NCBI GenBank assembly: GCA_022825085.1
Contig: JAJDYQ010000056.1
Span: 1-44,313, forward strand
Length of the DNA stretch: 44,313 nucleotides
Source: Gammaproteobacteria bacterium
GTDB taxonomy: Bacteria > Pseudomonadota > Gammaproteobacteria > JAJDYQ01
Direction: 5' to 3'
Both the position numbers and the translations under genes were made by a program. Shown here piece after piece: positions 9,896 through 18,854 of this stretch (position 1 is its first letter; every line of letters starts with the position of its first letter). The notes under the pieces are model-generated. The model was given only the letters and a program-made list of their open reading frames with translations. It searched no databases and was not told the origin of the DNA.

Positions 9896-10157
9896 ATTAA
9901 TCCTCCTGATTTGTTTAGGTCAAGCCCATTTCCAGTATGCGGAATGGGCAGCGTGGCAGTGTGCCCAACACTACACAGACAGTCAATACAACAACCCGTA
10001 TGAGATACAGCACACTACCTTTGGGCAGGATACGCCAGCCTTTCTGAAAAAACCAGCCATAAAATAAAATTTATAAAAAGATTTTGATATCGATGGATGT
10101 AAGGCAGCTTATCGCCATGAATTATTTTTAATCTGCAAGAGGCAAAATACGGGCGGG

Positions 10158-11156
10158 CTATTCTGAATCAGGCGGGTTAAGAATGATTTTTATGGCGTCC
10201 GCCTGCCCATCCAGCAGTTGCTTAAATACCATTGGCCCTTCAGACAAGGCATAGTTTTTATGCCAGTCCAGTTTGCCAAAGCCTCCCCTGGACATGATAT
10301 CGACGACTTCTATAAATTCATCGTGAGTGTAGGTATAGCTACCCACCACAGTAATCTGCGCCAGCGTCATCTTTCGAGGCTCGAATCCGTACTCGGCATC
10401 ACCCAGCCCGATATGTACAAGCACTCCACCGGGGGAAATGCTATCTATGGCATTTTTGCGGGTTATGCTGGAACCAACGGCATCAAGAATGACATCCGCT
10501 TCATGGACGGTGTTGTCGGTGGACGGATTACGGACTTCAATATCTATTGCCTGTGCAAGCAGATCTATGCGTTTGCTGTTCGTTTCCAGCATGACAATGT
10601 TATCGCAACCCAGATACTTCAGGGCCAGAGCAGATGCCAGACCTATGGCCCCACCGCCATAAATTAAAATACGGGCAGATTGCAGCGGTCTTATGCTATG
10701 TTCCTGCGCCAGCTTTACACCGTGCCAGGCAGTTGACAGGGGTTCCGCCAGAGAAGCCTGCTCAAAAGACAGGTTATCATCCACCGTCATCAGATTGCGC
10801 TCCGGTATGGCAAGCCATTGCGCGAAGGTGCCTGGCCTGGGTTCCATGCTGACAATCTGCCTCGATGTGCACAGGTTACTGTGACCATTCAGGCAGTACC
10901 AGCATTGGGTACAGGTCACCAGCGGATCAATAACAACTCTCTCGGATTTGCCACCTATCTGCGCTATGCCGCTGGCTTCATGTCCGAGAATCAGGGGCGG
11001 CGGCCTTCTGCTGTCATGCCCAACATAGGCGTGCATATCCGAACCACAAATACCGGATGCCCTGACCTTGACCAGAACTTCATCTTCTTCGGGACCGGGC
11101 TTCGGGCAGGAAGCGTACTCCAGTTTTTCAATATCTGTAAGGATCAGTGCTTGCAT
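10158..11156 (-). CDS. hpsP: Zn-dependent dehydrogenase HpsP (DHPS dehydrogenase)
   Basis: GICGSDMHAYVGHD.RRP.PLILGHE; structural Zn CxxCxxC-x7-C; RQIVSM.PR.G; order hpsN-hpsO-hpsP. Confidence 0.8.
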   Translation of the reverse strand: MQALILTDIEKLEYASCPKPGPEEDEVLVKVRASGICGSDMHAYVGHDSRRPPPLILGHEASGIAQIGGKSERVVIDPLVTCTQCWYCLNGHSNLCTSRQIVSMEPRPGTFAQWLAIPERNLMTVDDNLSFEQASLAEPLSTAWHGVKLAQEHSIRPLQSARILIYGGGAIGLASALALKYLGCDNIVMLETNSKRIDLLAQAIDIEVRNPSTDNTVHEADVILDAVGSSITRKNAIDSISPGGVLVHIGLGDAEYGFEPRKMTLAQITVVGSYTYTHDEFIEVVDIMSRGGFGKLDWHKNYALSEGPMVFKQLLDGQADAIKIILNPPDSE

Positions 11157-11193
11157 TATTCATCTACCTTTCAAAGTGAGCGCATTAAAAATT

Positions 11194-11973
11194 TCATTTT
11201 GCTGTATAGCCCCCGTCAACCGGCAAAACCTGGCCTGTGACATAGCGGCAGGCACTGGAAGCAAAAAACAGTGTCGCCCCTTCCAGATCCGACATTTCTC
11301 CATTACGGCCTATCGCTGTCATATCCGCATGGTGCATCAACATGTCTTTATCTTTATATACTGGTGCTGTCATTCTGGTCGGAAAAAATCCTGGAGCAAT
11401 GGCATTGCAGTTAATGCCGTAACCGGACCATGCCTCTGCCATAGCCCTCGTCAACTGGACTATGGCTCCCTTGGAGGCACCATAAGCCATGCCGTTTTTG
11501 AAGGCGCGATAGGATTGCAGCGAGGCGATATTGATTATGTTGCCACCACCTTTTTGTCGCATGCCACTGATCAGCGTCCTTGCCAGAAAGAAAGGCACTG
11601 CGGTGTTGATATTCAACGTTTGTTGCCAGTCTTCAATCTGAATATCATCCACCGCCTGTCTCAAATTAACACCTGCCGCGTTGATCAGAATATCGACAGA
11701 ATCAAACTCTTCGCCAATCTGCGCAACTGCCGGTTCAATATTTTCCAGAACGCTTAAATCCACCGTTTTGCAGATACATCTGCCAGTGGGGTTTTCTGCC
11801 AATACTGCCTGACGTGTCTCTTTCAAACCCTGCTCATCCCTGCCAATTAAAACAGTGTCCGCGCCGGCCCTTGCCAGTGTCTTTGCCATGTGTGCCCCAA
11901 TTCCGGAGCTCGCCCCCGTACATAAGGCAACTCTGTCTCGCAGGGAAAACATGGCTTCCAGATAGGTACTCAT
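11194..11973 (-). CDS. hpsO: Short-chain dehydrogenase HpsO (DHPS dehydrogenase)
   Basis: TGASSGIG; INIASLQ..RAF..G.AYGASKG; QLTRAMAEAWS; ends VDGGYTAK; follows hpsN. Confidence 0.82.
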   Translation of the reverse strand: MSTYLEAMFSLRDRVALCTGASSGIGAHMAKTLARAGADTVLIGRDEQGLKETRQAVLAENPTGRCICKTVDLSVLENIEPAVAQIGEEFDSVDILINAAGVNLRQAVDDIQIEDWQQTLNINTAVPFFLARTLISGMRQKGGGNIINIASLQSYRAFKNGMAYGASKGAIVQLTRAMAEAWSGYGINCNAIAPGFFPTRMTAPVYKDKDMLMHHADMTAIGRNGEMSDLEGATLFFASSACRYVTGQVLPVDGGYTAK

Positions 11974-11977
11974 TAAT

Positions 11978-13282
11978 TCAGCCTTCTATTCCGGTATTAA
12001 ATTTTTGTCCCGGAAAATAATGCTTGAGGCGAATATCACCAGTGCGGGCATGGGCCTCCATGCCTTCCAGCCTTGATAGTCTGGCCGTTACCGTTGCCAG
12101 CTCCCTGTTGGCCTGCCTGTCCGCCTTTTGCGTGGTGACAATTTTGATAAATTTATGTACCGACAGGCCGCCGGTGTAGTGACCGGCTCCTCTGGTCGGG
12201 AGAATGTGGTTGGTACCTGAACATTTATCACCAAATGCGACGGTCGTTTCTTCACCAACAAACAGCGAACCATAGTTTTTCAGGTGCCTTTCGTACCAGT
12301 CCGGGTTGCCGGTTTGTATCTCCAGGTGCTCGGGCGCGTATTCATCACTTAGTTCAACCGCTTCTTCATCGTTGTCACACAGGATAACTTCACCGTAATC
12401 ACGCCAGGATTCAGTCGCCGTCTGCCGTTGTTCTTCAGGCAGGGCATCGATAATGTGCGGTACCCGCTCGATAACTTCTGCGGCCAGTTTTTCACTGGTC
12501 GTAATCAGCCATGCCGGTGAATCAACACCATGCTCTGCCTGCCCGACCAGATCATAGGCAACCAGCTCTGCATCGGCATCGCCATCGGCAATAATCAGTA
12601 TTTCTGTTGGCCCGGCAAACAGGTCTATGCCAACCTCGCCATACAGTATTCTTTTTGCTTCAGCCACAAAACGATTGCCCGGACCGACCAGAATATTGGC
12701 CTTATGACCAGTAAACAGGCCAAACGCCATGGCAGCAATGCCCTGAACACCTCCCATTGCCAGAATCTGATCAGCACCGCATAAGTCCATGGTGTATAAA
12801 ATGGCCGGATGAATGCCGTTATATTCTGGCTTTGGCGTGGAAGCAGCAATAACATTGCTGACGCCGGCGACTCTGGCAGTAGTAATGCTCATAATGGCTG
12901 AGGCAACATGGGCATAGCGACCACCCGGCACGTAGCAGCCGGCTGTCTGGATCGGTATCAGCTTTTGCCCCGCCCAGACTCCCGGTGACAGCTCGCATTC
13001 AAACTCCCGGATGCTATCGAGTTGCTGGCGGGCGAAGCTGCTGACCTTGTCGTGAGCAAACTGTATATCGTCTTTCAACTGCTGGCTGAGGCTGTCTTTT
13101 GCTTGCGCTATTGTTTTTTGATCGACCACAATATCGCCGTGCCAGCCATCAAATTTTTTGCCATAGTCAATGGCCTGTTGCTCGCCATTCTGCCTGATGT
13201 TCTGCAGAATATCATTCGTAATGTTTCTGGTTTCCTGTTCATTGGAACCAGGTGTTACCACTGCTTTTTTCAGATACTGCAT
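11978..13282 (-). CDS. hpsN: Sulfopropanediol (DHPS) 3-dehydrogenase HpsN, a histidinol dehydrogenase homologue
   Basis: HisD fold with HpsN-type signatures: MQYLKKA, GCYVPGGRYAHVASAIM, VGPGN.FVAEAKR, QAEHG.DSP, GEETTVAFGDK.SGTNH, EGMEAHAR. GGAGG RBS before ATG 13282; no his operon context. Confidence 0.9.
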   Translation of the reverse strand: MQYLKKAVVTPGSNEQETRNITNDILQNIRQNGEQQAIDYGKKFDGWHGDIVVDQKTIAQAKDSLSQQLKDDIQFAHDKVSSFARQQLDSIREFECELSPGVWAGQKLIPIQTAGCYVPGGRYAHVASAIMSITTARVAGVSNVIAASTPKPEYNGIHPAILYTMDLCGADQILAMGGVQGIAAMAFGLFTGHKANILVGPGNRFVAEAKRILYGEVGIDLFAGPTEILIIADGDADAELVAYDLVGQAEHGVDSPAWLITTSEKLAAEVIERVPHIIDALPEEQRQTATESWRDYGEVILCDNDEEAVELSDEYAPEHLEIQTGNPDWYERHLKNYGSLFVGEETTVAFGDKCSGTNHILPTRGAGHYTGGLSVHKFIKIVTTQKADRQANRELATVTARLSRLEGMEAHARTGDIRLKHYFPGQKFNTGIEG

Positions 13283-13395
13283 GGTGTCCTCCAAGGATTA
13301 TTTGTAGTTTTAGGGAAGTCCCCAATCAGGGGCCCCCTTGCATAATAAAGAATATTTACGGTACCGGCACAGCCAATATATGCAGCAGCTCATGG

Positions 13396-13704
13396 TCACG
13401 GGGCATTCAGCTCTTTCAGGAACCACCCTCCAACAAGCAGATAGGCCACTACTGCCAGCCAGTACTTGCCCGGGTCATCCCTGCGGGTACTGAAAACCCT
13501 GTGCCCATAGTTACCACCTGCCCATGTGATTCCGCCGGTCAGTAAGCCATGTATAGCGTTGTAGAAACACAGGCAGGGCACACCCAACCCATAGCCTTTC
13601 GGTACGGCACCGAACAGCGCCATCCCTATCAGGCTACCGACAATCCCGGCAATCCATACGCCTCTGGGAAAATTCGGCACATCATCTCCCATAGCATTGC
13701 TCAA
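13396..13704 (-). CDS. Small hypothetical membrane protein
   Basis: Two to three hydrophobic segments and an RRDDPGKYW motif. Start uncertain (TTG at 13704; see the frameshift finding). Confidence 0.45.
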   Translation of the reverse strand: MSNAMGDDVPNFPRGVWIAGIVGSLIGMALFGAVPKGYGLGVPCLCFYNAIHGLLTGGITWAGGNYGHRVFSTRRDDPGKYWLAVVAYLLVGGWFLKELNAP

Positions 13705-14057
13705 AAAACTCTTCCACAGCAGTGCGGAATGATTCGGGTTTAGCTGGGCGAGACATGGTTGTTTGCATTACTTTTAAAAATATCCGTTATCCGATTGTAC
13801 CCATAGCCTGCGCCGGGTGACAATGTATTTTTTTGTCCTCCAGCCGGCTCTGTATGGCGGTATCCAGAGTCAGACTTTTGCCGGCTTCGCTCTGTCCGGT
13901 CTGCCCATCACAAAAAAACCAGACTGCTTTCCTGCCAGACTTTATATCAGTCCGGGCAAGCCATATAATAAGCAAAACCCGATTACAGGATAGATTTGTG
14001 TCTGCATCCAGAGTTTGGCACTACACCCCGCATTCTGTCTTTGCGCTGCATGACTGG

Positions 14058-14792
14058 ATGAACAGATTTCGCAGCAGAAAAAAATGGCGGGGTCTCACCT
14101 TCCTGATCACCTGTATCGCTGTCGCCAATCTGGCCTTCAGCGATTCCGTTTATGCTGATATTGATGGTGTGCTTGAAGCCGAGGGGTGGTCTGAGCTGCG
14201 CTTCGATGACAAGCCTGCCAATCAATTTACTGCGGTTTCCGGAACATCCTCTGTCATTCGTATTGACACGCAGCAGTCTGTTTCGATTGCCTATCTGCCA
14301 TTCTCCGGGAGCATTGATCTGGAGCAAACTCCGGTTTTGTCATTTTCCTGGCAGTATCAGGGGCCAGCCCCGGATACCGATCTGACAAGGAAAGGCGGCG
14401 ATGACAGAATCGCGGCTGTTTATGTTGCTTTTCCCTATCAACCTGAAAAAGCCAGTATCAAAGACAGGCTGCTGCGCCCGTTTGTCGAGGCCCGGCAGGG
14501 AAAGGATGCACCGGGCCGTGTGCTGACCTACTTATGGGGTGGTGGAGCAGCCAGAGGTGAGTGGTTTGAAAACCCATATGCAGGAAAGGCCGGATGGATG
14601 CAGATCAGGCAGCTACCGTCTGATCCGGAACAGGTCTGGTTCTCGCATGATATTGATATTGCTGCTGATTTTATGGATCGGTTTGGCTATAAAGCTCCTT
14701 CTCCAAGCTATGTGGCGATTACGGCGGACAGTGATGATACCGATGCAATGTTCAGTGTTTTTATCAGGGAGCTGGCATTTGGTAAAAAATAA
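14058..14792 (+). CDS. DUF3047-family exported protein
   Basis: Signal peptide from M76 of the ORF; LSFSW, GGDDRIAAVYV, LTYLWGG, ADSDDT resemble DUF3047. Confidence 0.7.
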   Translation: MNRFRSRKKWRGLTFLITCIAVANLAFSDSVYADIDGVLEAEGWSELRFDDKPANQFTAVSGTSSVIRIDTQQSVSIAYLPFSGSIDLEQTPVLSFSWQYQGPAPDTDLTRKGGDDRIAAVYVAFPYQPEKASIKDRLLRPFVEARQGKDAPGRVLTYLWGGGAARGEWFENPYAGKAGWMQIRQLPSDPEQVWFSHDIDIAADFMDRFGYKAPSPSYVAITADSDDTDAMFSVFIRELAFGKK

Positions 14793-14878
14793 CTGTCGGC
14801 GCTGCCAGACTGACAGGATTGATTCTGCGCCCGCTCTAATATCAGGGCCATACCCGGCACAGGCATCAAGCCGGAGAG

Positions 14879-15916
14879 CTATGGGCAGGGATTGGCATTA
14901 TGCCGGTGGACTTTTTCTATTTTCCTCAGCACGGCTTTGGGTAGTCTGACCTGCTGACTGTCTATGTTTTCGCGGAGCTGGCACAGCGAGGTTGCACCGA
15001 TGATATTGCTGGTAACAAAAGTGCGACTGTTGACGTAGGCCAGCGACATCCGGGCCATACTGAGGTTATGTTCACTGGCAATCTGTTGGTAGCTGGCAAT
15101 CGCCTCTTCGGCCTCCGGGGTATTGTAGCGTTTGAAGTGGTTAAAAAGGGTCATACGGGTATTTTCTGGCCGGGCACCATGGAGGTATTTACCACTGAGC
15201 AGGCCAAAAGCCATCGGTGAGTAAGCGAGCAGTCCCATATCTTCGTGATGAGCAATTTCGGCATGCCCGATTTCAAAAATCCGGTTCAGCAGGTTATAAG
15301 GATTCTGGATTGAGGCCATGCGCGGCAGCCCATGGTAGTTGGCAGCATTAATAAACTGCATCATGCCCCAGGGAGTTTCATTAGAAAGCCCAATGGCCCT
15401 GATCTTGCCGGCATCAAGCTGCTTTTTCAGGGCCAGCAGGGTTTCATGTATCGGCGTAGCATCGGGGTCCTGTTTATGAAAGTATCCCAGCTCCCCAAAA
15501 TAATTGGTCAACCGATCCGGCCAGTGCAGTTGATAGAGGTCAATATAGTCCGTTTGCAGGCGCCTCAGGCTTGCGTCCAGTGCCTTACAGATATTTTTCT
15601 CTGTAAAGCGGGAATTACCGTTGCGTATCCAGGGCAACCAGACTGCCGGACCGGAAATCTTGCTGGCCAATATCACCTTGTCTCGGTTCCCCCTTGCGAA
15701 CCATTCTCCGATCAGTGTCTCGGAAAGCCCCTGCGTTTCAGGTTTTGGCGGAGACGGGTACATCTCTGCGGTATCAACGAAGTTGACGCCACGCTCAATA
15801 GCATAGTCAAGTTGCTGATGTGCTTCCGATCGGGTGTTCTGTTGTCCCCAGGTCATACTGCCAAGACAGATCCTGCTAACCTGGATCCCGGTTTGTCCCA
15901 GACTGGTGTATTGCAT
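14879..15916 (-). CDS. tas: NADP(H)-dependent aldo-keto reductase, Tas family
   Basis: LG.TG..VSRICLGSMTWGQQN, DTAEMYP.PP, YIDLYQLHWPDR, SNETPWG, SIQNPYNLLNR. Confidence 0.9.
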   Translation of the reverse strand: MQYTSLGQTGIQVSRICLGSMTWGQQNTRSEAHQQLDYAIERGVNFVDTAEMYPSPPKPETQGLSETLIGEWFARGNRDKVILASKISGPAVWLPWIRNGNSRFTEKNICKALDASLRRLQTDYIDLYQLHWPDRLTNYFGELGYFHKQDPDATPIHETLLALKKQLDAGKIRAIGLSNETPWGMMQFINAANYHGLPRMASIQNPYNLLNRIFEIGHAEIAHHEDMGLLAYSPMAFGLLSGKYLHGARPENTRMTLFNHFKRYNTPEAEEAIASYQQIASEHNLSMARMSLAYVNSRTFVTSNIIGATSLCQLRENIDSQQVRLPKAVLRKIEKVHRHNANPCP

Positions 15917-15920
15917 GGTT

Positions 15921-17009
15921 CTATAGAAAAACGGTCAGTACACCGGTAAAGCCATGGAGCTGATTATGTGTGATTTCACCATTACCGAAGAAACCAGTGA
16001 TGGGGATATCGCCGAGTTGCTGGTGGATCATACCGAGTTCTTCTGAATCCGGACCGAACAGCGCACGACCACGACCCAGGCAGGAATAATACAAGGCCCC
16101 TTTGGCCTGTCGGTCACCAATATGTTTTTTAATGCTGCCCAGCATACGGAGCATATCTCTGCGGGCGGCGCTTCCATCTCGACAGCAGAACATCATGGGT
16201 TGCCCCTGCTCGACCATTTCACCAACCGCGATCAGGCTGTTGTTGACATCGACCCCCATCAACTGGCGTACCAGATAATCGCCGGTGTCTGAACCAACAA
16301 CCGGAAAACCGACAAAGACATTGCCATCACGGGAAAGAATCTCTCCCATGTCCTCCTGCATGACTTCCAGAGCCGGCCGATCATCCAGCGAGACAATGAC
16401 ATTTCTTGAGCATTCTGTGATCGTATGCCTGACAGCAATTGGTGAGCATCCCTGGGTCAAAGCGGTGGTAATCGGTACCTGTTCAGAAAACAGTACTCCA
16501 GAGATACTGCCTTCACTCAGGCTGGAGCAGATAATTTGGGGATTATCATTGCGCGAGGATGTCAAACCTCCAATCATAAAGCCTTCTGGTACGCTGCCGG
16601 CCAGCTTCTCTATCAGATTCGGCAGAGACTGGTTATAGGGGTCGCCGTGCAGGATGCCAACGGTAGCAATATTATTCTGACACTGCCGTATATCTGCCGG
16701 CTGCAGATCAATACCCTCGAATATGCAGTAATGCTCCGGGTCAATATCCGTCAGCAGGATAGACAGGGCGGGCTGCTCATACACCTCCTGAAAACCGGCG
16801 CAGATACCCCGTCCGACCGTACCGACCCAGTTTTCAATGCCGGTGGCACGTTGCAGCTCGCCTACAATCGGCTGTAGATAACAGGAAAAGCTATCGGAGG
16901 TGTAAACAAAGCCAAGGGTCTTGCCCTGTACCTGCTCGCCGAGCTGGCTGATGCACTCAGCAATGGCCTGACTCCAGTCAGGATGCGTGGAGTACGTGGA
17001 GGCAAACAA
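15921..17009 (-). CDS. FIST-domain (FIST_N/FIST_C) sensory protein
   Basis: GTVGRGIC, TQGCSPI, YLVRQL.G.D, LYYSC.GRG..LFG, GFFGNGEI. TTG start 8 nt after the prk stop. Confidence 0.88.
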   Translation of the reverse strand: MFASTYSTHPDWSQAIAECISQLGEQVQGKTLGFVYTSDSFSCYLQPIVGELQRATGIENWVGTVGRGICAGFQEVYEQPALSILLTDIDPEHYCIFEGIDLQPADIRQCQNNIATVGILHGDPYNQSLPNLIEKLAGSVPEGFMIGGLTSSRNDNPQIICSSLSEGSISGVLFSEQVPITTALTQGCSPIAVRHTITECSRNVIVSLDDRPALEVMQEDMGEILSRDGNVFVGFPVVGSDTGDYLVRQLMGVDVNNSLIAVGEMVEQGQPMMFCCRDGSAARRDMLRMLGSIKKHIGDRQAKGALYYSCLGRGRALFGPDSEELGMIHQQLGDIPITGFFGNGEITHNQLHGFTGVLTVFL

Positions 17010-17017
17010 GGCAGTGG

Positions 17018-17890
17018 TTAATCACGCCTTTCCATCATACCGGCGATGATCGGAGCCAGTATGACTTCCATGGCAAACCCCATCTTGCCACCCGGAACAA
17101 CAATTGAGTTGCGACGCGACATGAATGAATCATGAATCATGGCCAGCAGATATGGAAAATCAACATCAAATTTTTTCGGTTCCTTGAAGCGGATGACAAC
17201 AAAACTTTCATCCGGTGTTGGTATATCACGTGCAATGAAGGGGTTTGATGTATCCACTGTCGGCACACGCTGAAAGTTGACGTCGGTTTGCGAAAACTGG
17301 GGCGTGATGTAGTTAATGTAATCAGACATGCGGCGCAGGATGCTGTCAACAATCGCTTCAGCAGAATAACCACGTTCGGAATTGTCACGATGAATTTTCT
17401 GGATCCATTCCAGATTGACGATGGGCACCACACCGATACCCAGATCAACATGTTCAGCAACATTGGCCTCATCGGATTGAACCAGTCCATGCAGACCTTC
17501 GTAAAACAGGACATCCGTACCAGATTCAATGTCTTCCCAGGGAGTGAACTCGCCTGATACCTTATTGGTTCCAAGGCGAGCATTATGATGAGCTGCCTCC
17601 TCATCGCTGTGCAGATAGTAACGACGCTGACACATCCCGGTCTCACCATAGGATTTGAAGGTTTCTGCCAGACTGGAAAATTTATTCGCCTCTGGACCGA
17701 AGTGACTCAGGCTGTCTTTCTCCATCTTGAACCGCATTTCGGTTCGCTCATAGCGATGGTAACTGTCGCCTTCAATGATCGCGGGTTTGATGTTTTCGCG
17801 CAGAAAGATATGCTCAAACGCACGCTTGACTGTCGTGGTACCCGCACCGGAAGAACCGGTAACAGCAACAACAGGGTATTTGCGAGACAT
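17018..17890 (-). CDS. prkB: Phosphoribulokinase (proteobacterial class)
   Basis: MSRKYPVVAVTGSSGAGTT, EGDSYHRY, FYEGLHG, WIQKIHRD, INFQRVPTVDTSNPF; GGAG RBS; start at 17890. Confidence 0.96.
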   Translation of the reverse strand: MSRKYPVVAVTGSSGAGTTTVKRAFEHIFLRENIKPAIIEGDSYHRYERTEMRFKMEKDSLSHFGPEANKFSSLAETFKSYGETGMCQRRYYLHSDEEAAHHNARLGTNKVSGEFTPWEDIESGTDVLFYEGLHGLVQSDEANVAEHVDLGIGVVPIVNLEWIQKIHRDNSERGYSAEAIVDSILRRMSDYINYITPQFSQTDVNFQRVPTVDTSNPFIARDIPTPDESFVVIRFKEPKKFDVDFPYLLAMIHDSFMSRRNSIVVPGGKMGFAMEVILAPIIAGMMERRD

Positions 17891-18145
17891 GATGTGCTCC
17901 TGCTTTCGTGGTCTGCGGCCCGTCATAGCGGGTCGGGCAGAATGGAAAAATTTATTGCCGAACCTCTCTATATCGGCCAATTATACATTTTATCTCAGGC
18001 GGCACCTGCCCGGAAATAAGTAAATCTTATACAGGGTGCGAAAGTTGATATGATGTTCGGGTTTTATGCGGGAATACGGCTGGTCTGTGCAAAAAATCGT
18101 ATTATGGCCTTTACTGCCCCAACAGGTGCAAACCCAGAATTCTCT

Positions 18146-18787
18146 CTAAACTCCGTACCGCTGCCGATAATCCTGTATTAGCCCCAAGTAATCATCATAA
18201 TCGACCGACTGTTCGATAAATTGAATCAACAGCTCCAGACTGGCAATGTTGATGATCTTTAAACCATAAGCAGACTCTATTTCCTGAACCGCAGAAGTCC
18301 GACCCTGGCCTTTCTCCATACGGTCCAGAGCAATCACTATGCCTGCTGCCTCTGCCCCATTGGCGGCGATAATATCCATGGCTTCGCGTATGGCTGTACC
18401 CGCTGTAATCACATCATCTATGATCACGACACGACCTTCCAGTGGTGCTCCTATGAGGTTGCCTCCCTCGCCGTGGTTCTTTGCCTCCTTGCGGTTAAAG
18501 CAATAAGGCACTTCCCTGTCATACTGTTCTGCCAATGCCATCGCCGTTGCGGCCACCAGTGGAATACCTTTGTATGCCGGGCCAAACAGGACATCGAATT
18601 GCATACCATGATCCATGATTGCACTGGCATAGTATGCCCCCAGACGCGACAGCGAAGTGCCGGTATTGAACAGGCCGGCATTAAAAAAATAAGGACTCAG
18701 ACGCCCTGACTTCAAGGTAAACTCTCCAAGTTGGAGCACACCCCGTGCAAGCGCGAATTGCAGAAATTCCTTTTGGTAATGCCGCAT
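18146..18787 (-). CDS. pyrE: Orotate phosphoribosyltransferase
   Basis: [46 protein letters not shown]. Confidence 0.97.
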   Translation of the reverse strand: MRHYQKEFLQFALARGVLQLGEFTLKSGRLSPYFFNAGLFNTGTSLSRLGAYYASAIMDHGMQFDVLFGPAYKGIPLVAATAMALAEQYDREVPYCFNRKEAKNHGEGGNLIGAPLEGRVVIIDDVITAGTAIREAMDIIAANGAEAAGIVIALDRMEKGQGRTSAVQEIESAYGLKIINIASLELLIQFIEQSVDYDDYLGLIQDYRQRYGV

Positions 18788-18854
18788 AACGGTTCCTTGT
18801 GATCATCCAGGCGACAGGTATGATACACGCCCACCTGATCAGGACAAACATGAC

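Noticed and set aside
11978-13294. Calling the HisD homologue hisD, and using the ORF-track start at 13294
   Set aside because: It has HpsN-type motifs, hpsO/hpsP neighbours and no his genes alongside. The TTG-GAG-GAC at 13294 is the RBS of the real ATG at 13282.
13328-13339. AGGGGGCCCCCT palindrome upstream of hpsN
   Set aside because: Low-complexity and unlike a LacI operator; no supporting second site.
13787-13975. 62-aa minus-strand ORF, and the 75-aa N-terminal extension of the DUF3047 ORF
   Set aside because: No RBS or recognisable motif; cannot support either as coding.
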